Source: an uncultured Phycisphaerales bacterium (GTDB taxonomy: Bacteria; Planctomycetota; Phycisphaerae; Tepidisphaerales; Tepidisphaeraceae). Taken from it: DNA of 64,000 nucleotides. The number at the start of each line of letters is the position of its first letter. The stretch's first letter is position 1. A program made the position numbers and the translations under genes. Location of the stretch: contig CAVWLP010000003.1 of NCBI GenBank assembly GCA_963755915.1, positions 1-64,000 on the forward strand. Reading direction: 5' to 3'. Shown here in pieces: positions 50,543-61,843 of this stretch. Below the pieces are notes generated by a model that had not been told where the DNA came from, did no database searches, and saw only the letters and a list, made by a program, of their open reading frames with translations.

Positions 50543-51763
50543 CTACGCGATCGACCCGAGCGGACGGGCGCTGATCGGCAAAGGTTTCAGCGGTTTGTTT
50601 TGAAGGATGAGCGGCACGTCGACCACTCGCCGGAAGAGCAAGCGGAAGGTTGAACCGACTCCGACCCGCGAATCGACGGTGAGAGTGCCTCCCAATAATT
50701 TAGCTGCCTGCGATGCAATGGCGAGGCCCAGTCCCACGCCAGATTCGCCGTGAACGTCTCCTCTTTTGAATGCCTCAAAAACCGTCTCCAAGAGCGCGGG
50801 CTCAATTCCAGGCCCCTCATCCAGTACCCACAGCACCGGACCATCTGACTGAGCGTCTTTTCCGAATCCAACGCGGATATCTCCACGGCTGATGTATTTT
50901 ACGGCGTTGCCCACGAGATTTTGAAGCACCAAGGTGAGCAACTCGCCATCTGATTCGACAACCGTGCCAGGGCGCATCTCGACAATGAGCCGCGCTCCTT
51001 TGGCGTCAGCCTCGCGCGAGAATTGCCCGAGTATTTTTGTCGCCAGTGCATGTAAATCGACGGGCGACAGCGTTATCGCTTTGCCGGATTTCCGGAGTCG
51101 TTCGTGGTCCAGTAGTCGACGCATGCCCATGACCGTGTCATGGATGCATTGCTGCGCGTGGTCAAGCGACTCTTCCGCTTCTGGGAAGCCGCCTGCCCGG
51201 TTCAAATCCAATCGGAGCGCTTGCAGTGTGAGCGTTACACTATTCAGGTTGTTGTTGAGGTCGTGAGAGAGGAACGAGAGAAACTTCAACTCCGTCTCGG
51301 CAGCAACGCGAAGTTGATTCTTCTGTTGGTCCACGAGGGCAATTACGGATCGCTGGAGCATCACGTCGATAGCGGCGTGGAGTGCCGCGGATTCCATGGC
51401 TTCCATCCGCCGGTTTAGCGCCTGTTCAATGTGCAATACAGTGATGGCCCTGAGCAGCCGATCCTCCTGCATGACCTCGACCACGTCGAGGTTCAGCCTG
51501 AAACGTGAAAGGCCCTGGGACGGTGCGCGGCTTACAAGCTCTCGAATCACGTCCGGGTCATCCGACGCAAGGGCTTGAGCGATCGCGAGCAATAGCTGGG
51601 GCGTAGAATTCTTTAATTCGTCGGATGTGAGATGCTGCATCTGCGGCATCGCCGCTCGCACAGCGGCGTCCCAATCCAGCGTTATCTGGTCCGCGCCAGT
51701 GCGCAGGATTCTTGCCAACTCGGGGAATGGGCGATGCGTGAGTTGTGCCAGCAGTGGATTCAT
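50543..51763 (-). CDS. Cytoplasmic sensor histidine kinase
   Basis: H box LSHDLNN, N box NLVGNAVKY, DEGPGI, GVGLGL, GSTF; no TM segments. Confidence 0.93.
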   Translation of the reverse strand: MNPLLAQLTHRPFPELARILRTGADQITLDWDAAVRAAMPQMQHLTSDELKNSTPQLLLAIAQALASDDPDVIRELVSRAPSQGLSRFRLNLDVVEVMQEDRLLRAITVLHIEQALNRRMEAMESAALHAAIDVMLQRSVIALVDQQKNQLRVAAETELKFLSFLSHDLNNNLNSVTLTLQALRLDLNRAGGFPEAEESLDHAQQCIHDTVMGMRRLLDHERLRKSGKAITLSPVDLHALATKILGQFSREADAKGARLIVEMRPGTVVESDGELLTLVLQNLVGNAVKYISRGDIRVGFGKDAQSDGPVLWVLDEGPGIEPALLETVFEAFKRGDVHGESGVGLGLAIASQAAKLLGGTLTVDSRVGVGSTFRLLFRRVVDVPLILQNKPLKPLPISARPLGSIA

Positions 51764-51999
51764 CGTTTTGCCTCCTTGCGGGAACGCAACACACCTGCTA
51801 CAGTGGGATTTCTCGCCCAGTCGGATGGTTGGCGGCCTCGCGTGGTGCCCGGAGGGCCGGGTATCTTGTACACTGTTTAAAATGGGCCGTCTGTCCGTTA
51901 GCGGACGGTGTCAAGTAAAATCTTCTGCTACCGTCAAAATCCTTAGAGCCGGGCTATTCCATGCCGCCGACGTGTAACTACTTACTGGAGCGAAGCTAA

Positions 52000-52705
52000 G
52001 TGACGATCGCAGCCCGCACGGGCAACAAAATTTTGGACCGCCTGCCAGAGCAGGATTTTCATCGAGTTTTCTCTCAATTGGAAAAAATTGCGCCCGATGT
52101 TGGCGAGGTCGTGGCCTATCCGGACAAAGAGCCAAGCGCGTTCACTTCCCAATCTCGGGCGTGCTTTCTTCGATGGTGGTCCTTGAAGACGGGTCGATGA
52201 TCGAGGCATCCACAATCGGAAACGAGGGCATGGACGGCCTCTATCTTATGGCTGATCCACTGGCCAACCCCTACCGCATCAACGTTCAGGTACAAGGCGA
52301 CATGCTCTGTATGTCGGCGTCAGCGTTCCGGCGTGCGTTGTCCGAGAGCCACGCGCTGACGCAACTTTTGCTCAGATACGCGATGGTGCTGATCCAGCGG
52401 GTGCTCAAAATGGAGCGTGCATTCAACACCACACGATCGAGGAACGAATGTGCAGATGGTTGCTTGAAACGGCTCACCGCAAGGGGGAAGATCATTTCGG
52501 CCTAACCCAGGAATTTCTGAGCGACATGCTCGGCGTCCGCCGACAGAGCGTAAATTTGACGGCGCGCATCCTCCAACAGGTCGGCCTGATCAAATATCAC
52601 CGGGGCGAGTTGACGATTCTTGACAGGGCCGGTTTGGAAGAATCTTCCTGCGAGTGTTTTCGTGTCACCAGCCAGATGTACGAACGCATGATGAGGCTTA
52701 CGTGA
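52000..52705 (+). CDS. Crp/Fnr-family regulator (two frameshifts)
   Basis: NKILDRLP, IGNEG, MCRWLL, LTQEFLSDMLGVRRQSV, SCECF. Confidence 0.9.
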
Positions 52706-53188
52706 ATATCGCCTTGGGATGCGATCATCGCGGATACGCCGCCAAGCGGGAACTATTGCCGCAATTGCGAACTCTCGGCTATCAAGTAGAGGACTTTGGT
52801 TGCCCTACCTCTTCCGGCGTCGATTACGCGGACATCGCCTATCCCTTGGCGTTGGCGGTTGCCGCGGGGCAATGTGAGCTTGGAATTCTGATCGGGTGCA
52901 ACGGGATGGGCATGAACATGGTCGCGAATAAAGTCCCGGGCGTGCGCGCCGCGTCGGCAGACGATGAATTCGCTGCGCAGCGCCCGTGAAAAGTATCACT
53001 GCAATATCATCTGCTTTGGCGCGGATGTCGTCGGCGGGAATGAGATTCGAAAAATCGTGGAGGTGTTTTTGCAGGCAACGGTCTCCCCACGCCATGCACG
53101 ACAAGTTACAAAAATGAGGGAGATCGAGGAAATGGTGGCCAAAGTTTATGTCGCAAAGCACAATCAACCGTTCGTGTCGCTCGTTTGA
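52702..53188 (+). CDS. rpiB: Ribose-5-phosphate isomerase B family (frameshift near 52980)
   Basis: IALGCDHRG, DYAD, ANKVPGVRAA, RHARQV.K. Confidence 0.85.
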
Positions 53189-53195
53189 GACGACG

Positions 53196-53576
53196 ATGAA
53201 GACTCAAGGCGAAATCGAAAGCGCGATTTCGGAAGGCATCGGGCGTTTTGAACAGGAATACATGGGCCGTGGCCCCAAGGACGTTCACGCGCACTTGATC
53301 GGCGATCTGCTTGTCGTCCGGCTCAAGGGTGTTTTGACAGCAGCCGAGCAGCACCTCGTCAAGACGCTACCAAGTGAAAAGGGCCGGGATCTTCTCAAGC
53401 AGGTGCGCAGCCATTTGATCGAAATAGCGCGACCGCAGTTGGCGGCGATGATCGAGGGCATCGCGGGCGCCACGGTTGTGAGCCTGCACCATGACATCAG
53501 TACAGTGACCGGTGAAGAAGTAATTCTCTTCACCCTTTCAAGTTCGCCGCTTTGCCGCGAGGTGAAGAAGAGATAG
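53196..53576 (+). CDS. DUF2294 (MpsC-like) protein, copy 1
   Basis: KTQGEIE.AIS, FEQEYMGRGP, LKGVLT.AE..L, SLHHDIST.TGE. Confidence 0.9.
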   Translation: MKTQGEIESAISEGIGRFEQEYMGRGPKDVHAHLIGDLLVVRLKGVLTAAEQHLVKTLPSEKGRDLLKQVRSHLIEIARPQLAAMIEGIAGATVVSLHHDISTVTGEEVILFTLSSSPLCREVKKR

Positions 53577-53684
53577 ACAATTCGATAAATCGACATTGTC
53601 CATTGCTATTAGCCGTTGGCACGCGTACCGTGTGACGTTGCGCAGGAAGTGTTCGTGCCTGTGCGTATTTGAAATATAAAGTCG

Positions 53685-53789
53685 TCGGACGACTAAATAG
53701 ACGGCATCCCGGTCTCCGGGCGGCCGGTTGCAGAGTAAGCCGACGTGGTTCCGCACCGTAAGGGTGTTGAACCACGTCGGTTCTTTTTT
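53685..53789 (+). promoter_or_regulatory. Conserved leader RNA with intrinsic terminator, copy 1
   Basis: TCGGACGACTAAATA (53685-99), GAGTAAGCCGACGT (53733-46), stem 53738-51/53769-82, T tract. Confidence 0.8.
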
Positions 53790-53817
53790 GGCTTAAACGA
53801 AGTCGGAAACGTACGTA

Positions 53818-54225
53818 ATGCCTAATTCCACGCAAACAATGGCTGAAGAGATTGGCCAGGTCGCAGCAGCGTTTCAGCAGCAAAGAACCGGCATCGAGCC
53901 CAAATCCGTGCATGTCGTGCTTAGAGGAGACACCTTGGTGGTGACACTGCAGGGCGCACTGTCGCTGGCCGAGCAGGCTTTAGCGCGGAGTGCCGAAGGC
54001 GCGGCGGAAGTACAAGAGCTTCATCGTCAGTTGTTTCTCACGGCGTTCGACAGGCTCCGAGCGGAAATCAGGCGGATCACGGGGTTAAACGTGTGTGAAG
54101 CGGCCGAAGTCGAATCAGCGGCTGGGGCAGCAATTCAGGTTCTCGCCAGTGGAACGATGGTTCAAGTATTCCAACTTTCCGGAAAGTTGCCCCCCGGAGA
54201 TTTCAGCTCTGGGGACAAACTGTGA
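53818..54225 (+). CDS. DUF2294 (MpsC-like) protein, copy 2 (divergent)
   Basis: FQQQRTG..PKSV.VVL..DTLVVTL.GALS.AE..LA, EIRRITG, GTMVQVF.L. Confidence 0.8.
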   Translation: MPNSTQTMAEEIGQVAAAFQQQRTGIEPKSVHVVLRGDTLVVTLQGALSLAEQALARSAEGAAEVQELHRQLFLTAFDRLRAEIRRITGLNVCEAAEVESAAGAAIQVLASGTMVQVFQLSGKLPPGDFSSGDKL

Positions 54226-54334
54226 AGCCACGGTCTCTGGAGTTGCGCTAAAAGTGCCAGTGATTGTCAATTTTAGTTTTACGGACCCAAGGCAATTTCG
54301 CTTCTGGGCCGAAGACTTTTTTAAGGAAATGGAC

Positions 54335-54874
54335 ATGTTAAGTAAGAACTCGGTTATCGCGTTATTCGATCAACACACTCAAGCCGAAAACGCAGTGAAG
54401 GAACTGCAGCAGGCGGGCTTCGACATGAAGTCGCTGTCTATCGTCGGAAAGGATTACCACACCGACGAGCACGTCGTCGGATATTACACGACCGCCGATC
54501 GCATGCAGTATTGGGGCAAAAATGGCGCATTCTGGGGCGGAATCTGGGGCCTGCTCTTTGGGTCAGCCCTCTTTGTCATCCCGGGTATCGGTCCGATTGT
54601 GGCAGCCGGGCCGGTGATCGCGTGGATCGTCGCCGCTCTCGAAGGTGCGGTCGTTGTCGGTGGCCTCAGCGCTCTTGGCGCCGGGCTCTACAGCATCGGC
54701 ATTCCGAAGAAAAGCATTTTGCAATACGAAACTTCGCTGAAGGCAGGGAAGTTTATGCTGCTGGTGCATGGAACCCCTGAGGAAATGAGTCGAGCTTCGA
54801 CGATCCTCAAAACCACCGGGGCATCGGAATGCCAAGAGCACATGGCGGATGCACCGGTTGCCGCGCTTGTTTGA
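54335..54874 (+). CDS. General stress membrane protein (YflT/DUF1269-like)
   Basis: H.QAE.AVKELQ..GFD...LSIVGKD, IPGIGP...AGP, YE..LKAGK. Confidence 0.8.
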   Translation: MLSKNSVIALFDQHTQAENAVKELQQAGFDMKSLSIVGKDYHTDEHVVGYYTTADRMQYWGKNGAFWGGIWGLLFGSALFVIPGIGPIVAAGPVIAWIVAALEGAVVVGGLSALGAGLYSIGIPKKSILQYETSLKAGKFMLLVHGTPEEMSRASTILKTTGASECQEHMADAPVAALV

Positions 54875-54953
54875 TCGACGTGATTCTCACCCATGCACAT
54901 CCGGAAGCGATTCGGAGCACGATTGCCGGATCGCTTCCGCGACATTAGGAGCA

Positions 54954-55640
54954 ATGATGAATTCTCAGCTATCGGGCACACACCAGAAGGTTTACCAGCA
55001 TCTTTTCCAGCATCCGATGCCGCACAACCTCCAATGGCGAGAAGTCTGGTCAATGCTCGGTGCAATGAAGGATGCACAGGCGATCGGAGGAAGCCAAAGG
55101 CAATCTGAAAGTCGAGCGAAATGGTCAGGTCCTCACGCTGCACCGTCCGCGCGGCAAGGACTTGGCGGACAAACAGGAATTAATGAAGGTCCGCCATTTC
55201 CTGGAGCGCTCTGAATCGCCATTGCCAAAGCCCGAGCCGGGAGGCACCCACTTATTGGTTGTCATCGATCATCGCGAGGCGCGAATATACAGCGCGGAAA
55301 TACATGGATCGGTTCCGCAACGGATCAAGCCTTATGACCCTTTCGGCTTCGATCGAGATCTGCATTACAACCAGGACGATTCCAACGGCCAGCGAAAACC
55401 GGAGAAAAAGAGCTTCTACGAGGCAGTCGCCAAAACGCTGCGCGGGGCGAAGCAGATTTTAATGTTCGGCAGCGCCACCGGCGCCAGCAGCGCGATGGAA
55501 GCGCTGGTTGAGGAGTTGAAGCATAATCACCCCGATGTCGCAGAGCGGATCATCGGCACCTTTACTGTTGATGAGCATCATCTAACTGAAGATCAGTTGC
55601 TGGCTAAGGCGAGGCGCGCTTGTTTTTGCCTGCACATAAG
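54954..55640 (+). CDS. Host-attachment/eRF1-like family protein with a small N-terminal domain (frameshifted; 3' end uncertain)
   Basis: LFQHP..HNL.W.EV + VVIDHREARIY, FYEAVA..L.GA..IL.FG, LTEDQLLA.AR. Confidence 0.6.
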
Positions 55641-55677
55641 TCTGCGATGTCTGCGGCGAATTGACATAAAGATAGTT

Positions 55678-58202
55678 ATGACCACATCAACGATGTCCAA
55701 ACCTCCTGCGTCGACGGCACGCCCCCACGAACTGGCCCGGTTGCTTCAGCAATACGGATGCGGGCCAATTCATTTCACCGGCACGGATGGATTTTACGAG
55801 AGGCACCTCGTCTTCGACACCGTGAAAGATTTGGCCACCACCAGCCCGCGTGAACACTTCGAGGCAGTCGCCCGCTCGGTTCGCGATGTTCTCTCGCAAC
55901 GCTGGGTGGCCACGGAGAAGACCTATGAGCGCGAGAATCCCAAGCGCCTTTATTATCTCTCCATGGAATTCCTCATCGGCCGTTCGCTTGGCAACAATGT
56001 CACAAATCTCCTTCTCGACCCTCTGGCAAACCAGTTCGCGGCGATGAAGAAGCTCGATTGGCTGGAACTGATCGAAAAGGAGCCCGATGCCGGCCTGGGC
56101 AACGGCGGACTGGGTCGGCTGGCCGCCTGCTTTCTGGATTCGTTGGCCACGATGCAGCTTCCGGCCATGGGTTACGGCCTGCGTTATGAGTACGGCATTT
56201 TCAGACAATCCATCAAGAACGGATGGCAGCAGGAAAGCCCGGACAATTGGCTGCGTCGCCCGGACCCATGGGAAGTCGCCCGCCTGGATCGAGCATGTCA
56301 GCGTGAACCTGAACTGTTCGTTCAAAATGACCGGACGGAAACTTGCACGCCATTCCGGGCACGCAGTCCAATCTGATCGGTATTCCCTATGACCGGCCGG
56401 TGGTCGGATACGGCGGCAAGACCATCAACACGCTCCGCCTTTGGGCCGCGGCAAGTTCCGGATTATTTTGATTTCCAGAGATTCAGCGGCGGCGATTTCG
56501 TCGGCGCGTTGGCGGAGATGCTGTCGGCGGAATCGCTGACCCGCGTCCTGTATCCCGACGATTCGACCAGCCGTGGGAAGAGCCTGCGCTTTGTGCAGGA
56601 GTATTTTCTCGTCGCCTGTTCGCTGGCCGATCTTGTCCGCCGCTTTCGCGAAACCAATTCCGATTGGACCCAGTTGCCCGAGCATGTCGCCATCCAGCTC
56701 AACGACACGCATCCCTCGCTGTCCGTCCCTGAGCTGATGCGAATTTTGCTCGATGATGCCCATCTGGGATGGGACCAAGCCTGGGACATCACGAAGCGGA
56801 CGCTGGCCTATACGAACCACACGCTTGTTGCCCGAAGCCTTGGAGAAATGGCCTGTCGAGTGGTTCGAGAAGCTGCTGCCGCGCCACCTGGAAATCATTT
56901 ACGAGATCAACCGGCGACTGCTCGATGATGTGCGTGCAGAAATTCCCAGGCGACGAGGGCCGCGTGGAGCGCATCAGCCTCGTCGAAGAGACGGACGGCC
57001 GCAACATCCGCATGGCGAACCTGGCCATCGTCGGCTCGCACAGCACCAACGGCGTGGCCGCGATTCACTCCCGCTTGCTCCGAACCACGACCGTGAAGGA
57101 TTTGGCCGACATGTTTCCGGAGCGGTTCAACAACAAGACCAACGGCGTGACGCCGCGCCGCTGGCTGCTGCTGTCGAATCCCATCGCTGGCCCGCGTGAT
57201 CACGCGAAGCGATCGGCGATGGCTGGATCACTGACCTCGATCAATTGCAGAAACTCAAGCCGCTGGCCGAATGACAAAGGCTTTCGCGACGCCTTTCTGA
57301 AGGCCAAACGCGAGGCCAAAGTGCGGTTTGCCGATTGGCTCAAGGCTAGCACCGGGCAAGCCGTCGATCCCGACACCATCTTCGATTGCCAGATCAAGCG
57401 CATCCACGAATACAAGCGGCAACTGCTCAACGCGCTGCGCATCGTCGTGCTTTACAACCGGCTGCGCGCAAATCCGGAACTCAATATGCCGCCGCGGACG
57501 TTTTTCTTCGCCGGCAAGGCCGCGCCGGCCTATCACCTGGCAAAGGTCATCATCAAGTTCATCAACAACCTGGCCGGCGTCATCGACGGCGACCCGGCTA
57601 TGCGAGGCAAGCTCAAGGTCGTTTTCCTGCCGGAATATTCTGTCACGCTGGCCGAGCGGCTGATTCCCGCCAGCGATGTCTCCAACCAGATTTCGACCGC
57701 GGGCTACGAAGCCAGCGGCACCAGCAACATGAAGTTCATGATGAACGGCGCTCTCACGCTCGGCACGCGCGATGGCGCGACCATCGAAATGGCTGAGGAA
57801 GCCGGCGAGGAAAACTTCTTCCTGTTCGGCCTGACGGCCAAGCAGGTGGCGGATAGCCGGAGCTGGTACAACCCACTACTGGCATTACGAAAACGAGCCG
57901 GAGACGCGTGCCGCGCTGGACCTGATTTTTTCCGACCATTTCAGCCGCGATGAACCCGGCATCTTCGAGCGAACTGCGCGAGACGCTCTTCTGACGGGCG
58001 GCGATCACTACATGCACCTGGCGGATCTGAAGTCCTACCTCGAGCGCGGACCAGCAGCTGGTCGAGTTGTATGCCGAGCAGGATGCCTGGGCGCGGAAGG
58101 CGATATTGAACGTGGCCGCGTCTGGGAAATTCTCCAGCGACCGAACCATCGCGCGAATATGCGTCGGAAATCTGGAACGTGAAACCATGCCCGGTGGCAT
58201 GA
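55678..58202 (+). CDS. glgP: Glycogen/maltodextrin phosphorylase (many frameshifts)
   Basis: [54 protein letters not shown]. Confidence 0.96.
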
Positions 58203-58218
58203 GAAGCAGACTGCAGCA

Positions 58219-59880
58219 ATGACGATTTCTCCACTCGCGGGTAAACCGGCTCCCAAGGAAATGCTGGTCGATCTGGCTCGCCTCGAACGCGAGTATTACG
58301 AGCGGCAGCCCGATTTAGCTGATCCCAACCAAATGGTCAGCTTCGGCACCAGCGGCCATCGCGGCTCGTCACTGCGCGGCACATTCACCGAGGCCCACAT
58401 CCTGGCCATCACCCAGGCGATTTGCGATTACCGGCGCAGGCCGGAAATCAGACGGCCCGCTTTACATGGGCAAGGACACGCACGCGCTGTCCGCGCCAGC
58501 CCAGCGCACGGCCTTGGAAGTTCTGGCGGCCAACGGTGTCGAGACCATCATCCAGCCAGACGACGGCGTAACGCCGACTCCGGTCATTTCGCGCGCAATC
58601 CTCGTCTACAACCGCAGCAGGAAACAACGTCTCGCCGACGGCATCGTCATCACGCCTTCGCACAATCCGCCGGAAGACGGCGGGTTCAAATACAACCCGA
58701 CCAATGGCGGTCCGGCCGACACCGACGTGACCGGCTGGATCCAGGACTCGCGCCAACGAATTGTTGCGCAGCAACAATGCCGGCGTGAAGCGCGTCCCCT
58801 ATGCCGCCGCCCTCAAGGCGGCGACGACGCACACCGAAGATTTCATTCTTCCCTATGTCAACGACCTGCGGAACGTCATCGACATGGAAGCGATCCGCGA
58901 GCGCGGGCCTGAAGTTGGGCGTCGATCCGCTGGGCGGCGACGGCGCTGCCTTATTGGGAGCCGATCAATTCGATTTACAATCTCGATCATCACGGTCGTC
59001 AACCCAAGACAATCGACCCGCCGTTTGCGTTCATGACGGTGGACCACGACGGGCAAATCCGCATGGACTGTTCCAGCCCGTACGCGATGGCCAGACTCGT
59101 CGGGCTCAAAGATAAATACCGCGTCGCCTTCGCCAACGACCCCGACTCCGATCGCCACGGTATCGTCACGCCGTCCGTCGGTTTGATGAATCCCAACCAT
59201 TATCTCGCCGTTGCGATTGGCTATTTGCTCATCCCATCGCCCGCACTGGCCGGGCAATGCGCCGGTCGGCAAGACGCTGGTCAGCAGCAGCATGATCGAC
59301 CGGGTGGTGAGCAAGCTGGGTCGACAGCTCTACGAAGTTCCCGTTGGCTTCAAATGGTTTTCGCCGGGACTTTTCGACGGCTCTCTGTTTCGGCGGCGAG
59401 GAAAGTGCCGGTGCGAGTTTCCTGCGACTGGACGGCGCGGTTTGGACGACGGACAAGGACGGCCCGATCATGGATTTGCTTGCGGCCGAAATCACCGCGC
59501 GCACCGGCAAAGACCCGGGCGAGCATTTTCGTGATCTGACAGCCGAGTTCGGCACGCCTTATTACACGCGCATCGATGCACCCGCGACGCCGCAGCAGAA
59601 GGCGAGTCTTGCCAAGCTGTCGCCCGAAGCGGTGAAAGAATCAAGTTTGGCGGGCGATCCTATCACCGCAAAGTTGACGCGCGCTCCTGGCAACAACGCC
59701 TCAATCGGTGGTTTGAAAGTTTCGACCGCGAGCGGCTGGTTTGCGGCCCGTCCGTCCGGCACCGAAAACATCTACAAGATTTACGCCGAAAGTTTCCGCG
59801 ACCAGAAGCATCTGAAATCCATTGTGGATGAAGCTCAGCAGATTGTAAGCGGCGCGATCGCCGGACCGGCGAAGGGTTGA
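58219..59880 (+). CDS. pgm: Phosphoglucomutase (many frameshifts)
   Basis: [40 protein letters not shown]. Confidence 0.96.
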
Positions 59881-59892
59881 TCGGAGTTGCTG

Positions 59893-61599
59893 ATGCCGAA
59901 CCAACACCGTCAAATTCCTGTCCTGCCTTTCCGCCCGCGCGTCCATCCCATTGCGGACAAAGTTTTCCGTTCCTATCCCGTGGGGCGGCAGAGTTTCTCC
60001 CGCGCTTGCCAGGGGAATGTTCTCTCGCTCAGGATTACCACAACAAAGCCTCTGGCGCAGAACGTACGTGCTATCCTGGCGACAACATTGAATTCGGCTG
60101 ACGGTAGGTCATGGACAAAGGTGCCGTTCGAGCGCGAAAATGATCGCACCCTTTTATGCTGCATCACGCCTAACCACCCCGGTTTGCATTCCTTCCGTGC
60201 CGAGTTCTCGCTAGACGGCGGCACCAGGTGGCTCGGCGATACCGTGCCAGACGCCTGGATTTTGATCGATCCACCTCAGGTAGACGCGCTGTGCATTTAT
60301 ACCCTAATTCCCAATGTCTCCGGCACGCTCGCAAATTGGAAAGCTGACCTCAAGCGGATCGGCGATATGGGCTTCAACGCAATCCATCTATTGCCCATAA
60401 CCACGATGGACGATTCCGAAAGCCCCTATTCGGCGAAAGACCTCTTCAAAGTTGACCGCAGCTACTTGAGCACAGGATCACGGGACGATGACCTCTCGCA
60501 GTTAGAAGACTTCGTCGCAGAAGCCAAGCGACTTGGGATTCGGCTTGTCTTTGATTTGGTTCTCAATCATGTAGGAGTCCATAGCACGATGGCGCTGCAG
60601 GCACCGGACTGGATTGTTCCCGATCAGAATGAGCCGGACGGACTGAAGCGCGCGAGATTTTGGTGCGATCAGGGGTGGCGCAACTGGAATGATTTGGTCT
60701 TGATCAATTATGAGCATCCATCGGAAGCGGTCCGCGCAGAAATATGGTCGTACATGACCGATTATGCCTTGTTCTGGGCGAAATACGCCAACGACACCGG
60801 AGGCTTTGTACGTTTTGACAACCTCCACAGCAGCGATCCCGCCTTTGTTGCTGCGCTCACCACGTCATTGCATGCTGAATATCCAGAAGCTGGCATTCTT
60901 GCCGAGTATTTCACTGATGAAAGCACGCTGCTTCGGAATGGGCCAGAATGGGGATTGAATTTGAATCTGGCCACGCCCTGGAATTTCAAATTCGTCCCTC
61001 AACTTCGCGACTATCTGAAATACATGCACCGGGTTTCGGAGCACATCCGATACTTCATGCCGATCACCTCACACGACTGCGGCTCACCAGCACAAGAATT
61101 CGGCACCGCGGACTCGACGGTCCCTCGCTACGCAGTCGCGGCCCTGCTTGGCACTGGAGCCACCGGAGTTCCGCAGGGAGTGGAATTCGGCGAGAAAGAG
61201 CGGATCGACTTTATCGGCAGAAAGCCGAGAATGTCATATCCCGAAAGACCAAGGTTTGCCCAATTCATCCGTCAGGTCAATGAGATTGTCGCGAAATATC
61301 CGGCATTCCGACGGGGTGAAAACTGCTGGTTTGTGGATAACGGCCATTCCGCAGTCATAGCGGCATTTCGACGGGATTCAGACGCGCAGACATCAGGCTT
61401 TCTTGTCGTCTGCAATTTCGATACCGCTGGTCCGCAGCATATCACGATCGAACTTGGGCCCTTGTTGAAAAGAGACGGACCCTTCAAGTGCATCGAATTG
61501 TTGAGCGGCGACACTCGAATTGTGATGCATCCGCACATGGAGCTTGCACTTCCGGCATGTGGCGTCGAGGTGCTGAACTTTCCCGGAAAGGAAAATTGA
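59893..61599 (+). CDS. GH13 alpha-amylase family glycosidase
   Basis: MGFNAIHLLPI, SPYS, DLVLNH, RFDNLHS, LAE, SHD. Confidence 0.85.
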   Translation: MPNQHRQIPVLPFRPRVHPIADKVFRSYPVGRQSFSRACQGNVLSLRITTTKPLAQNVRAILATTLNSADGRSWTKVPFERENDRTLLCCITPNHPGLHSFRAEFSLDGGTRWLGDTVPDAWILIDPPQVDALCIYTLIPNVSGTLANWKADLKRIGDMGFNAIHLLPITTMDDSESPYSAKDLFKVDRSYLSTGSRDDDLSQLEDFVAEAKRLGIRLVFDLVLNHVGVHSTMALQAPDWIVPDQNEPDGLKRARFWCDQGWRNWNDLVLINYEHPSEAVRAEIWSYMTDYALFWAKYANDTGGFVRFDNLHSSDPAFVAALTTSLHAEYPEAGILAEYFTDESTLLRNGPEWGLNLNLATPWNFKFVPQLRDYLKYMHRVSEHIRYFMPITSHDCGSPAQEFGTADSTVPRYAVAALLGTGATGVPQGVEFGEKERIDFIGRKPRMSYPERPRFAQFIRQVNEIVAKYPAFRRGENCWFVDNGHSAVIAAFRRDSDAQTSGFLVVCNFDTAGPQHITIELGPLLKRDGPFKCIELLSGDTRIVMHPHMELALPACGVEVLNFPGKEN

Positions 61600-61699
61600 A
61601 ACCTAGAAATATTATTTTGCTGGTTCACGGTTGGGATCGCCTATACTATGACATGCAAGTTGGCTGATCCCTCTGCTCCGTGCAGAACAGCGAAAATCT

Positions 61700-61804
61700 T
61701 CGGATGACTAAATAAAGAGTAATCTGGCCGAACCGCCAGAGGACTCGTTAACGAGTAAGCCGACGTAATTGAACACTCCCGTGTTCAGTTGTGTCGGCTT
61801 TTTT
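61700..61804 (+). promoter_or_regulatory. Conserved leader RNA with intrinsic terminator, copy 2
   Basis: TCGGATGACTAAATA (61700-14), GAGTAAGCCGACGT (61753-66), stem 61757-76/61781-800, T tract. Confidence 0.8.
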
Positions 61805-61843
61805 GTTTGCGCAACAGGCGTTTAACGCCTGGAGAACCTCAAA

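Noticed and set aside
55072-56376. Apparent fusion of the eRF1-like protein to glycogen phosphorylase
   Set aside because: The linker (RRACFCLHISLRCLRR) reads like out-of-frame sequence; an indel near 55610 probably removed the stop.
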